Source: Chloroflexota bacterium
Lineage (GTDB): Bacteria > Chloroflexota > Dehalococcoidia > Lucifugimonadales > Lucifugimonadaceae
NCBI GenBank assembly: GCA_002719295.1
Contig: PBHC01000005.1
Location: 32,001-96,000 of the forward strand
Length of the DNA stretch: 64,000 bases
Reading direction: 5' to 3'
The first letter of the stretch is position 1. The number at the start of each line of letters is the position of its first letter. The notes below the pieces were generated by a model that was not told the DNA's origin, made no database searches, and saw only the letters and a program-made list of their open reading frames with translations. Of the stretch, positions 8,789-18,831 are shown in pieces. Position numbers and translations under genes: made by a program.

Positions 8789-10735
8789 TTAATCTTTCCT
8801 TTGTCTAGATGGCCAAAGTGTAATAACTGTGCCTATTAATAGTATAGGACCTGAAGCCCAAATCCACCATGCTAAAGGGTTAACTGCTATTCTCACTGTC
8901 ATATTAGTTTCATCTATAAAATCTTTTGGAATGATGTATAAGTCTTCTATTGGATTACTCAATATGCCAGACCTAACACTTATCTGATTATAGTTGGGGT
9001 AATATGAATGCATTGCTTCTATTTTTCCAATAAATTTTTTATGCTCATCATAAATTGAAAACTTAGCTTTTGTAACAGAATTTCCATTTGTTAATTCTTG
9101 GTCTATATTTTCAAAATATATATTGTAGTTCTTAAAAGCTATTTCTTCTGAAATACTAATATTTGTATCAACTCTTTGGTCATAAAATTTTGTCCCAACT
9201 ACACCAAAAGCTAAAGCTAAAATAGCAAGATGAACTATGTAACCACCATTTCTTCCCCTGTTTGAAATTATCGTTTTAATGAATGCAGTCAATGGGTTCA
9301 TTGAGTTAGTCATTCTTGATCGGGTGCCTCCTATCCACTCCTTAAATATAATGGTTAGAACAAAGAATATTGAGCATAAAGAAATAATAGGAAAGAATTT
9401 ATTTATTCCTATTATTATTAAATAAATGAAAAATATTAATGTAAGTATTATAGATGGCAAAATTCTGGATATTGTTGCTTTGAAGCTAGTTTTTCTCCAA
9501 GATAGAATTGGTCCTATTCCCATTAATAGAATAATCGCTAATAAAATAGGTCCTGCTGTTTTGTTAAAATATGGGGCAGAAACACTTATCTCTGTTCCTG
9601 TAAATAGTATAGATACAACAGGAAATAAAACTCCCCATAATATAATTAAAGAGGTAAGAACAAGTAGTACATTATTTAATAAAAATGACGATTCTCTTGA
9701 TAAATAAGATTCAATTTTATTTTTACTTTCTTTAATATTTTTGTACTTGTAAATAATAGTAAAAAGACTGTATGAAGTCATCACTATCATGAATCCTAGA
9801 AATAAGAAACCTAGGGTCGAAGCTGCAAATGAATGTACTGAAACGACAGGTCCACCACGATTTATAAAAGTTCCTAATAATGCTAGAACGAATGTTAATG
9901 AAACAAGAATAATATTCCACAGTCTAAACATCCCTCTTCGTTCTTCTACCATTATTGAATGAATTAAAGCTGTTAATACCAGCCAAGGCATTAGACCTAC
10001 ATTTTCTATAGGATCCCAACTCCAATAACCTCCCCATCCAAGAATAGTATAAGCCCACCATGCTCCTATTAATAATCCTGCACCTAATAATGCCCAAGAA
10101 ATTAAACTCCATATTCTCAATAATCCAAACCAATTATTTTCTTTTTTAGAATCAAACAAAGCTCCTTGTGAAATAACAAAAGGGATTGATATTGATGCCA
10201 ATCCTGACATAAGTAATGGAGGGTGGATATACATACCAGGGTGTCTCAAAAGAGGATTTATTCCTTTCCCATCTGTGTGATTTAATTGAGAAACTTCAAA
10301 AGGATTTGCAAAAAAAAGTAATACAAAAATATAAAAGGAACTTATTAAGGAAAGAATTCCACACGAATAAGCTAAACTTGGTTTTATTTTTTTTGAAGAA
10401 AAAAATAACAAAAAACCACTTAGAATAGCGTGAACCAACAAAATATATAATAAAGAGCCTGCATTTCCAGCATAAAAAGCAACAAAAGTTAAAGCCCTAT
10501 TCATGTCTAAACTTGAATGATTAAATACATAAATATTAGAGAAGTCATTTGATAAAAATAGTGATATCAGTGAAATACAAGATATAAAAATCATTATTAT
10601 TGAAAGGTAATAACTTCTTGTTGCACTTTTTATTGTAATTTTATGTTCTTTGTAGAATCCTAAGAAAAACAGAATAGATGAATATAGAGATAGTATAAAT
10701 CCTAGTATAAGAATGTAGAATCCAAAAGTATTCAT
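8789..10735 (-). CDS. ccmF: Cytochrome c heme lyase CcmF/NrfE
   Basis: GINPLL, IHPPLL, WGGYWSWDPIEN (WWD motif), SVHSFA. Confidence 0.97.
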   Translation of the reverse strand: MNTFGFYILILGFILSLYSSILFFLGFYKEHKITIKSATRSYYLSIIMIFISCISLISLFLSNDFSNIYVFNHSSLDMNRALTFVAFYAGNAGSLLYILLVHAILSGFLLFFSSKKIKPSLAYSCGILSLISSFYIFVLLFFANPFEVSQLNHTDGKGINPLLRHPGMYIHPPLLMSGLASISIPFVISQGALFDSKKENNWFGLLRIWSLISWALLGAGLLIGAWWAYTILGWGGYWSWDPIENVGLMPWLVLTALIHSIMVEERRGMFRLWNIILVSLTFVLALLGTFINRGGPVVSVHSFAASTLGFLFLGFMIVMTSYSLFTIIYKYKNIKESKNKIESYLSRESSFLLNNVLLVLTSLIILWGVLFPVVSILFTGTEISVSAPYFNKTAGPILLAIILLMGIGPILSWRKTSFKATISRILPSIILTLIFFIYLIIIGINKFFPIISLCSIFFVLTIIFKEWIGGTRSRMTNSMNPLTAFIKTIISNRGRNGGYIVHLAILALAFGVVGTKFYDQRVDTNISISEEIAFKNYNIYFENIDQELTNGNSVTKAKFSIYDEHKKFIGKIEAMHSYYPNYNQISVRSGILSNPIEDLYIIPKDFIDETNMTVRIAVNPLAWWIWASGPILLIGTVITLWPSRQRKD

Positions 10736-11121
10736 TTGATTTTATCTCTTTTTATATATAAACCTAAAACCACAATTGAAAGTAGTACAGCAATAGCGGG
10801 AATTATATAAGCAATTGAGTTAAAACCAGTCATTTTAGGATAAGCTAGTACAGATTCTCCATATCTATTAATAAAATAAGTCTTAATCTGTTCTTCAGTG
10901 TACCCTTCTTCTATTTTCTTCTTTATTGTATCTTTCATATTGTTTGCAATTAATGATTGAGATTGGTCTAGTGTTTGACCGTCACAAACAGGGCACATTA
11001 TTTCTTTTTCTAATTTTATGTATAGACTATCTTCCGAATTATTTTGGGATGCAAAACATGCATTAATAGAAAAAACAAATATTATAACTAAGCCTATTTT
11101 AGGTAGATTATTGTAAATCAT
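10732..11121 (-). CDS. ccmH: Cytochrome c biogenesis protein CcmH/NrfF
   Basis: IMCPVCDGQTL, RYGESVL, C-terminal TM helix. Confidence 0.93.
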   Translation of the reverse strand: MIYNNLPKIGLVIIFVFSINACFASQNNSEDSLYIKLEKEIMCPVCDGQTLDQSQSLIANNMKDTIKKKIEEGYTEEQIKTYFINRYGESVLAYPKMTGFNSIAYIIPAIAVLLSIVVLGLYIKRDKIK

Positions 11122-11626
11122 CCCATATGTAATTTACGATTGCTTTAATTTCGTCTTCAGTAAGCATATTTTCGTAAGCTGGCATAAGGCCTGCTCCACC
11201 TTTTATAAATACTACAGCATTGTCCTTAGATAGTTGAGAAGTTAATAAATTAGCTGGATTTTTATGCTTTTCACCAGTAACTTTATACCAATAATTTTCT
11301 TCATCTGTAATTTTACTAGCAGCAGGTCCATTTCCATCAGCATTATCACCGTGACAAAATGCACAGTTTACAGTATATAAGTATGACCCATCATAGTCTT
11401 CAGATGAGTCTAAGTTCATATCTAAATTTTTATCACTTCCAACTTCAGAGAATGTTACACTGTCTGGATGTGCAGGTACTCTAGGAGGTTCTTGATATTT
11501 ATTAGATTGGTTGTAATGCATTTCACTGAAAATTTCTACGGGATAAGTGTTATTTTGCTGAACACAAGAAGTCAACATTACTACTAATAACGATAAAAGA
11601 ATTATTATTTTTTTATTTATCTTCAT
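11108..11626 (-). CDS. actE: Alternative complex III monoheme cytochrome c lipoprotein
   Basis: Lipobox LTSC, EMHYNQS motif, single CAFCH, distal LMPAY Met. Confidence 0.85.
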   Translation of the reverse strand: MKINKKIIILLSLLVVMLTSCVQQNNTYPVEIFSEMHYNQSNKYQEPPRVPAHPDSVTFSEVGSDKNLDMNLDSSEDYDGSYLYTVNCAFCHGDNADGNGPAASKITDEENYWYKVTGEKHKNPANLLTSQLSKDNAVVFIKGGAGLMPAYENMLTEDEIKAIVNYIWDDLQ

Positions 11627-11644
11627 ATTATTAATTTTACTAGT

Positions 11645-12145
11645 TTAACCCTCTTTTATTTCTTCAGAACCAGATTTTTCTAATATTTTTTTAGCTTTAC
11701 TAAAATCAGAATCCTCTACAGAAATTACTACACCTATATACCCTTCAGTAATCCTAGGATCATAAACTCCTGGAGCTATGTTTGGCAATCTTGATTCAAA
11801 GATTATTCCTATTACACTAAAAATCACAGCTGATAACATAGTCATTTCATACATAATGATTAACATTGCAAAAATAGAAAGAATAGGTTTTCCTCCAGTG
11901 ATTAATGGATATGCTAATTGTGTTGCAGTGGTTAAAAATAGAGATAAACTGAATCCTATAATTGCACCAAATGCTGGAAACCTAAATAACCTATGCTGGG
12001 GGACATGCTCACCAAATGCTCCTTCAGGATAAGGCGTTCCTGTTAGAACATCAAATGTCCCAACTTCAAAGCCTCCTTCTTTTAGTCCATCCATGGCGTT
12101 TGCGGCATCATTTGGATCTATATATAAACCTAATAAGCTTTTCAT
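11645..12145 (-). CDS. actD: Alternative complex III subunit D (DUF3341)
   Basis: Two TM helices, YPLITGGKP, MYEMTML, YDPRITEG. Confidence 0.9.
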   Translation of the reverse strand: MKSLLGLYIDPNDAANAMDGLKEGGFEVGTFDVLTGTPYPEGAFGEHVPQHRLFRFPAFGAIIGFSLSLFLTTATQLAYPLITGGKPILSIFAMLIIMYEMTMLSAVIFSVIGIIFESRLPNIAPGVYDPRITEGYIGVVISVEDSDFSKAKKILEKSGSEEIKEG

Positions 12146-12149
12146 TTTT

Positions 12150-13541
12150 TTACTCCTCTTCCTCTCTAAATATAGTAGGAACTGTTGCGCGACCTATTTT
12201 TATATCGTCGCTAAAAACTTCACTTTCTTTTTGTTCAAATAAAGGAACTAATGGGAAAATCCTAGAAAAAATTAACATTAATAAAGTAACCCAACAAAAT
12301 GACCAAAAAAGTACGTACCATTCAAACCAGCTCGGTGAGTATGCTTCCCATGTAAATACAAAAGGGGTCCTTCTAGCTAGGCCTGGAACAATGATCAAAA
12401 ATCTTTCAAGCCACATTCCTATATTTACTAATATTGAACTCCAAAACATTAATGCAATATTTGTTCTTATTCTTTTAAAAATCCACATTGGAACAGGCAA
12501 AATATATCCCGTTAGCAAGAAGGTTAAGAATAGCATATTCCATGGATACTGAAATATTTGCATTTCTCTAAGAGCTATTTCAGGTGCATCTAATCCATAT
12601 AAAGCAAATAAAAGTTCTAAAAATGTGAATCCTAACCAAGCAGTTGCAACCACAGTTAGTAATCTTGCAAGTGCATCAAAATGCTCAGGTCTAATAAATT
12701 CATTCCATCCCCACCCCCATCTCATTAATGCCATCATAGTAACTACTGCTGATACACCAGAGTGGACAGCTCCTATAACAAAATAAGGAGCAAAAATTGT
12801 TGAATGCCACCCTTCTACTGCAGTTGTAACTGCAAAGTCCCACGAAACAATTGAATGAACTGATACGAAAATTGGGAGCATTAATGCTGACAATAGAATT
12901 CCTCCAACAACTTGCATTTTCCATTGTCTAGGATTTCCTCTCCAACCTAATGCTAAAATTGTGTAGAATCCTTTTCTAAATCCTGTAGTTCTATCTCTCA
13001 ATACAGCTAAATCAGGAAGAAGTGCTACAAATAAGAAAAGTGTTGAACCTGTTAAATATGTTGATATTGCTATTGGGTCCATAAATAAAGGTGATCTTAT
13101 GTTAGGCCATATCCCTCTAGATGCGTCATATGGAATTAACCAGTAAACAATTCTCCATGTTCTTCCTGCGTGAATAAGAGGGAAAACTAGAGCAGTAGCC
13201 AAGGAAAATATAGTTAATATTTCCGCAGCTCTTGTTACGGGCCTTCTCCATTCTGCTTGAGTTAGCCTAAGTATAGCGGAAATCATAATTCCTGCATGAG
13301 ATATACCCACCCAAAAAACAAATGTAGTAATGTATAGGCCCCAATAAATTGGTCTATTAAGACCTGTAACTCCAAGTCCATACTTTATTTGAATTCCAAA
13401 AAGTACAAATCCAATAATTACAAAGAATCCTAACACTGATACAAGATATGGCCACCATCTAGGTGTTTGTAAAGTTCCGTTTAAAAGTACAGAGTTTGTA
13501 TACTCTTGACTTAATCTATTTTCATTATCTCTTTGCTGCAT
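12150..13541 (-). CDS. actC: Alternative complex III quinol-binding NrfD-family subunit
   Basis: WGLYITTFVFWVGISHAG, WRRPVTRAAE, IHAGR, SVHSIVSWDFA, GWHSTIFAPYFV, GMWLERF. Confidence 0.93.
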   Translation of the reverse strand: MQQRDNENRLSQEYTNSVLLNGTLQTPRWWPYLVSVLGFFVIIGFVLFGIQIKYGLGVTGLNRPIYWGLYITTFVFWVGISHAGIMISAILRLTQAEWRRPVTRAAEILTIFSLATALVFPLIHAGRTWRIVYWLIPYDASRGIWPNIRSPLFMDPIAISTYLTGSTLFLFVALLPDLAVLRDRTTGFRKGFYTILALGWRGNPRQWKMQVVGGILLSALMLPIFVSVHSIVSWDFAVTTAVEGWHSTIFAPYFVIGAVHSGVSAVVTMMALMRWGWGWNEFIRPEHFDALARLLTVVATAWLGFTFLELLFALYGLDAPEIALREMQIFQYPWNMLFLTFLLTGYILPVPMWIFKRIRTNIALMFWSSILVNIGMWLERFLIIVPGLARRTPFVFTWEAYSPSWFEWYVLFWSFCWVTLLMLIFSRIFPLVPLFEQKESEVFSDDIKIGRATVPTIFREEEE

Positions 13542-13553
13542 AATTCTCCTCTA

Positions 13554-14960
13554 TTAATCTGGCTTTGCAACCCTAACACCATGAGCTTTTATATACTTCA
13601 CGGGCTTAGCCAATAAATTAAACTGTTGAATCTCCCACACTCCTATAAAAGGTACTACCCTTGAGATGATTATCACAATAAGAAATACAGAACTCACAGC
13701 CCCTACTAAAACTAATATATCCCATATGTCTGGAAATAAAGTTTTAGGTATTACTTTCAACCATTTATCATGGATAAGTGAGGGGTCAACAGACCAAGCT
13801 GGAACATATAATCTTATTCTTTCAAAAAATACTCCTAAAATAGCTAATATTGCACCGTAAAAAGGGCCATTTACAGAGTTTCTCACTTTGTTCCATATCA
13901 ACCACCACCATGGAAAAATAAAACTAAATAGCATGCCTAATATAAATACATACATCATAGGTCCTCTAATTAATAAATCTAACCATGCTGTATCTGACAT
14001 TGATTTACCATACCAGAAAACAATAAATGCTGAGTAGAAAAAGTATATCCACATTAGACTTGCGGCAAACATTAGTCTACCCAAAGCCCAAAATTGATTT
14101 ATTGTAATGTAATTTTCGTAACCAAAATATTTTCTAACAATCCATGCAACTATAATTACAGAAGCAATCCCCCCTTGTATACCTCCCATGGCATGAGCCA
14201 TTGGATAAATTGCATCTCTCCAACCAGGAACCATACTTAAACTAAGATCGATTGAAATTAATGTATGGACAAAAATTAATGTAAAGAAATAAAATGTACT
14301 CATCATTCCAATTCTCATTCTAAGAGTACTCCACTGTACAGTTGATCCAATAAATCCTCTAGCTAAAAATTTTGCTATTTTTTGTTTTGCTCCGTTTGAG
14401 TTGTCTCTTATAGTAGCAAAATCAGGTAAAGCAGAAGAATATAATAAAGCAAGTCCAACTATTGCTAACATTATTAAACTTAATGTATCCCAAAAGTGAG
14501 GACTATAATTTGGAGCTTCAAACCAAATAGATCTCCTTCTAGCACCATCAACCATAAGAGGAGGTAGTACCCAAAGTAAAGGAATCATTATTATAATATT
14601 AATAATTCCAACCGCTCCAATAATATGAGCGATTCTTGATATGGGTCTGGCCCAATTGGCTTTTGCTATCAATGGCGCAACCGCTACCATTGGAGCACCT
14701 GAAGTTGTACTCAATATAAATGCTAAAACTGCAGCAATATACCCCCATTGTGTTTGATCATCGCTTTCTAAAAATAATTTACCTAAAAGTCCAACTATTC
14801 CTAAAATACTTAATAGTGTAAGAACCCAAATACTTTTCTTTATAAACTTTCCACCTCTATTTGTACTAGAGATAAGCTCATCCTTTACTACTTTTGGATC
14901 ACTAGGAGGCCAATGGAAATGTTCTTCGTTAGTGCTCATTGGTTTTAGCTTTCTCTCCAA
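13554..14960 (-). CDS. Second, divergent NrfD-family membrane subunit (ActF-like)
   Basis: About 10 TM helices; aligns by eye with the neighbour (WARPISRIA, VHTLISIDL, PGWRDAIYP, FERI) but lacks the SHAG/HxGR motifs. Confidence 0.8.
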   Translation of the reverse strand: MERKLKPMSTNEEHFHWPPSDPKVVKDELISSTNRGGKFIKKSIWVLTLLSILGIVGLLGKLFLESDDQTQWGYIAAVLAFILSTTSGAPMVAVAPLIAKANWARPISRIAHIIGAVGIINIIIMIPLLWVLPPLMVDGARRRSIWFEAPNYSPHFWDTLSLIMLAIVGLALLYSSALPDFATIRDNSNGAKQKIAKFLARGFIGSTVQWSTLRMRIGMMSTFYFFTLIFVHTLISIDLSLSMVPGWRDAIYPMAHAMGGIQGGIASVIIVAWIVRKYFGYENYITINQFWALGRLMFAASLMWIYFFYSAFIVFWYGKSMSDTAWLDLLIRGPMMYVFILGMLFSFIFPWWWLIWNKVRNSVNGPFYGAILAILGVFFERIRLYVPAWSVDPSLIHDKWLKVIPKTLFPDIWDILVLVGAVSSVFLIVIIISRVVPFIGVWEIQQFNLLAKPVKYIKAHGVRVAKPD

Positions 14961-15666
14961 AATTTTTATCTTTATATGGGTCTACAGTTGCCAAATATAC
15001 TACATTGGGATTTGTATTCAATTGAGGCATTAGAGAATATTTTCTGTCACTTTTTGCTAATATTGAAACTTCGCTTTCAGGATCATTTAGATCGCCAAAA
15101 GTTATCGCCCCTGTAGTACATGCTTCTTGACATGCTGTTTTTATTTCTCCATCTTGCAATTGATCTCCAGATTTCCTTGTACCTCTCTTAATCCTTTGCA
15201 TGCACATGCTACATTTTTCCATTATTCCTCTACTTCTAATAGTAACGTCTGGATTAAGATGGTTTCTAATTTCTTCTGGCCATGTAGGTTCCCAATAGTT
15301 GAACATTCTAACAATATATGGGCAACCATTTGCACAATATCTTGTTCCAACACATCTGTTATATACTTGGACATTTAATCCCTCATTATTATGATAGGTG
15401 GCATAAACGGGACAAACAGGTTCACATGGAGCATTTTCACAATGCTGACACATTATAGGAATAAATCTTGCTTTTACATTAGGGAATTCTCCTTCCCAGT
15501 ATCTTTCAATCCTGATCCAAGACATTACTCTTCCTCGTTCAAATTTATTTTGATCGTTTAGCGGAATATTATTTTCGACTTGACAAGCTGTAACGCATCC
15601 ACTGCAACCATTACATTTGTCGGTATCAATTACCATTCCCCAACTTCTATCTTTTTCAGCTACCAT
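14929..15666 (-). CDS. Alternative complex III iron-sulfur subunit (ActB2)
   Basis: CNGCSGCVTAC, CQHCENAPCEPVCP, CVGTRYCANGCP, KCSMC...ACQEAC. Confidence 0.93.
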   Translation of the reverse strand: MVAEKDRSWGMVIDTDKCNGCSGCVTACQVENNIPLNDQNKFERGRVMSWIRIERYWEGEFPNVKARFIPIMCQHCENAPCEPVCPVYATYHNNEGLNVQVYNRCVGTRYCANGCPYIVRMFNYWEPTWPEEIRNHLNPDVTIRSRGIMEKCSMCMQRIKRGTRKSGDQLQDGEIKTACQEACTTGAITFGDLNDPESEVSILAKSDRKYSLMPQLNTNPNVVYLATVDPYKDKNFGEKAKTNEH

Positions 15667-15684
15667 AATTATTCCTCTTTTGTT

Positions 15685-18051
15685 CTAATGAGAACTTTTT
15701 TCTTTATTTTCAGGCTTTTCTTCACCATGATCATCTCCATGTCCATCACCATGATCATCTCCATGTCCATGACTCTCTCTAAAATTTATAGATTCTTGAT
15801 ATTTATGATGATTCTCTTCCTCTGCTTCATGAGCTGTTTGCCCAGGTTTAACAACCAATACAGGAATCCCGGGTTCAACTGGGTATGCAGTTACATCACC
15901 TTCGAATTTAGGCATTGTTTTATTACCACCGGCTCTTTTTAATGACACTTTGGTTGATGCCCATGCAAAAGACCCAGATTTTTCATCTGTTAATCCAGAT
16001 AAAATCTTCAATACGTTTGATCCTCTATTCTCAGAATACCTTCCACCTTTTTCTGTCCCTTGTCCTGTAGGAACGCAAAGGGTTCCGGGTTGTACTGCAG
16101 GATGAGGATAGGCAAGGCATTTTATTTCTCCTGAATCAGATTTCAGATAAATAATATCACCTTCTTTAATTCCCATTTCTTCTGCCTGATGAGCATTTAT
16201 TTCTACCCATGTTTCCCATGCAGCAGTAGTTATACCGTCATAAGCTTCTTGAGCTAGAGGAACATTTGCATATTTCCCATCTCCCAAATTATTTGTGAAT
16301 GGAATCAAATGAAATTCTTCTCCATAATTTGTATCTGAGTTTGAAAACATATTTTTATTTTCAAATTCAAAAGCATTTTTTAATCTGATTTTTTTCTGAT
16401 CAGCTGTAATAGATTTATTCCAATATCCACCTCTTTGTTGAACACCGTTCATAAAAGAATTTTTATCATTTGCAATAATTGAACCAGAACTATTTGATTC
16501 TTTATATTCATTATCAAATATTTTCTTAACTAAAGACTTATTAGATCCACTTATTGATGGCTCTATATCAAGCAAAGTATCAACATAACTTATAGCTCCT
16601 GAAGCACCAGGCCCTTCTTTAACCACAACTGGTTGTTGTAGAGAAACAGTCATGTATCCAGGAAGAGGATTTGGAATTTCTGATCCCCATTCTTCAAAAA
16701 AAGTTGTATCTGGTACAACAATATCTGAAGCTTCTAATGTTTCATTCATCATGTTCCCAAAAGATATAACAGTTTCAACATTTTTCAGAGCCCCTAAAAC
16801 GTCTAGAGAATTTGGCATTGAGTAAGCCAAATCTACTCCTTTGATTATTACGGTATCAACGTATCCTGCTCTCCATTGAGCTAATTCTTCCTGCCACTGC
16901 TCGAGATTATTTGATTGATTGGAACCACCTATGTATTCTTTTTCAACTTCAGGGTTTATTATTATTCCGCCAGTTTTACCTACAGATCCAAGGAGGATAT
17001 TTAGAGAATATACTATATAAGTATTGAACTTTCCATTTGTGTATGCTGAAGTAGACCCACCTGCAAAAACTATACTATTTCCTTTAGAAATTTTGTGTGC
17101 AACTTCTATGATTTTTTCTTTAGAAACACCTGTTCTTTTTTCAACATCTTCTGGGTTGTATCCAAATTCGACTCTACCGTTAGGAAGTTTATTAAGAAAA
17201 TCATTGATTTGGTTGTCTGGAACAAGTTTTTCTTTGATTATTACATTTGCTATAGCTAGGGCTATATCTGCTTCTGTACCTGGATAAGGAGACATCCATA
17301 AGTCAGAATTTGCAGAAGTTAAAGAAAATCTAGGTTCTACGTGTCCAAAGAAGCCTCTATTACCTGAACGTAATTCACCGAAAGCAGTCCCAAATTGGGC
17401 AGGTGAAATCCAATTTTCTATCCAATCTGCACCAAAAGATAAAACGTTATCTGCATGAGCTATATCAAAATGCGGAATTTCATTCGTTTCAAATAGTTCA
17501 TATAATGCTTCGTGAAGGTTTGTTTGGTCTAAAGCTTCATAAGTTAGATATCTACCGCCTCTGCTTTCAGCAAATTTTTGAGAAATCCACCCTTCTGAAC
17601 TTCTAGAAGGGTTAGTAACTACTACAATCTTTTTTCCTTTAGCTGTTGCTTCTTTAATATATTTGTCCATTTCATCAACATTTGTATTTGCAAGGATCCC
17701 ATCTTTAGATCTTCTTAATTTTGGTTTATGCAATCTGTCAGGGTTGTAGTGAAGCTGAAGTGCAAAATCTAAGTTAGATCGTGCTCCTCCTCTGTTTACA
17801 GGATGGTCAGGGTTTCCTTTTAGTTTTTTTATTCTACCTTCAAGAATTCTAACTAAAACTCCATCTCCTGAAGCTCCTTCAGACCATGAAGTTGCATACC
17901 AAGAATCAATTCCTCTTACGAGATCTTCAGGCATATCGACAGGACTTTGAACAATTAGTTCCTTTTCAGGAATTGAACATGCAGCAAAAATTACAGCACC
18001 AGCTGCAGATTTTCCACTTAGTGATAAAAATTCTCTCCTGTTTATTTTCAT
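15685..18051 (-). CDS. Alternative complex III molybdopterin-oxidoreductase-like subunit (ActB1), Tat lipoprotein
   Basis: NRREFL twin-arginine motif plus FAAC lipobox; EGRIKKLKGNPDHPVNRG; no N-terminal Fe-S Cys motif; His/Asp-rich tail. Confidence 0.88.
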   Translation of the reverse strand: MKINRREFLSLSGKSAAGAVIFAACSIPEKELIVQSPVDMPEDLVRGIDSWYATSWSEGASGDGVLVRILEGRIKKLKGNPDHPVNRGGARSNLDFALQLHYNPDRLHKPKLRRSKDGILANTNVDEMDKYIKEATAKGKKIVVVTNPSRSSEGWISQKFAESRGGRYLTYEALDQTNLHEALYELFETNEIPHFDIAHADNVLSFGADWIENWISPAQFGTAFGELRSGNRGFFGHVEPRFSLTSANSDLWMSPYPGTEADIALAIANVIIKEKLVPDNQINDFLNKLPNGRVEFGYNPEDVEKRTGVSKEKIIEVAHKISKGNSIVFAGGSTSAYTNGKFNTYIVYSLNILLGSVGKTGGIIINPEVEKEYIGGSNQSNNLEQWQEELAQWRAGYVDTVIIKGVDLAYSMPNSLDVLGALKNVETVISFGNMMNETLEASDIVVPDTTFFEEWGSEIPNPLPGYMTVSLQQPVVVKEGPGASGAISYVDTLLDIEPSISGSNKSLVKKIFDNEYKESNSSGSIIANDKNSFMNGVQQRGGYWNKSITADQKKIRLKNAFEFENKNMFSNSDTNYGEEFHLIPFTNNLGDGKYANVPLAQEAYDGITTAAWETWVEINAHQAEEMGIKEGDIIYLKSDSGEIKCLAYPHPAVQPGTLCVPTGQGTEKGGRYSENRGSNVLKILSGLTDEKSGSFAWASTKVSLKRAGGNKTMPKFEGDVTAYPVEPGIPVLVVKPGQTAHEAEEENHHKYQESINFRESHGHGDDHGDGHGDDHGEEKPENKEKSSH
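15722..15770. repeat. Perfect 24-nt tandem duplication within actB1
   Basis: tcaccatgatcatctccatgtcca occurs twice in tandem, encoding GHGDDHG(D/E) twice on the minus strand. Confidence 0.95.
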
Positions 18052-18081
18052 AATTTCCTCAAAATATTTCTCTTCTTAGTA

Positions 18082-18816
18082 CTAATGATGGCAAGCTGCA
18101 CAATCAGTAGGTCCTCCATTTTTTCTATGGCAATTAACACATTGCCCCATCTTTAAAGGTTCTACCTGGTAGACCTTTTCCATGCTAGCCACATCACCAT
18201 GACAAGTTGAACATACCTGAGATGCAGGCACACTCTCTTTTCCTTCTAAATCTAGACGTTCTGGGACATTCCCAATTGCGGAAGGATGGTTAGTTAAATA
18301 ATTAATGTGTGCTGAGTGTACAAATCTTACATGATCAGGAAGCCTATGAACCCTTCGCCAGTTAATAGGGGATGCCATTTCTGAATCAACAACAACTTGT
18401 TTATCTTCAGCATTTTCAAAAATACCTGAAGCTTCTCTTAGTTTTTTTAAATCTTCACTTTCGTAACTTCCAACTGCTCTATGACAACTTGCACATAATT
18501 CCACTGCAGGGACATGAGCTGAAGATGCTTTAGCAACTGTTCTATGGCAAAAAGTACAATCCATGCCTAATCCACCTTCAGATACTGGAGCTGCATGTTT
18601 TGTATGAGGAAAATTAATAGGCTGATCAAATGTTTGTTCAAATCCAAGAACAGGTAGTGGCTGTCCTAGCCATGCGTTGAAAAGTCCTGCTAACAAAATT
18701 GAAAATATTGCAAGTGTGGTTAGCCCACCTAATCCTACTAAAGGAATAAGAACTTTTACCCATAGTGGAGTGGTTCTGTCTAATTCTTTTATTCTATTTA
18801 TAATTTTTTTTATAAT
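18082..18816 (-). CDS. actA: Alternative complex III pentaheme cytochrome c
   Basis: Five CxxCH motifs (CTFCH, CASCH, CSTCH, CVNCH, CAACH). The ORF track starts at TTG 18696, but the frame stays open upstream through a TM helix to ATT 18816, which follows GGAG; the start position is uncertain. Confidence 0.88.
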   Translation of the reverse strand: MIKKIINRIKELDRTTPLWVKVLIPLVGLGGLTTLAIFSILLAGLFNAWLGQPLPVLGFEQTFDQPINFPHTKHAAPVSEGGLGMDCTFCHRTVAKASSAHVPAVELCASCHRAVGSYESEDLKKLREASGIFENAEDKQVVVDSEMASPINWRRVHRLPDHVRFVHSAHINYLTNHPSAIGNVPERLDLEGKESVPASQVCSTCHGDVASMEKVYQVEPLKMGQCVNCHRKNGGPTDCAACHH

Positions 18817-18831
18817 TTTTTTTCTCCAATA

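Noticed and set aside
15722..15770. 24-nt repeat as a CRISPR remnant
   Set aside because: Two adjacent copies with no spacer, in frame within a coding tail, and no cas genes.
15685..18051. ActB1 as an active molybdoenzyme (nitrate, DMSO or polysulfide reductase)
   Set aside because: It lacks the N-terminal Fe-S cysteines and sits with actA/C/D/E; ActB-type subunits are known to lack the Mo cofactor.
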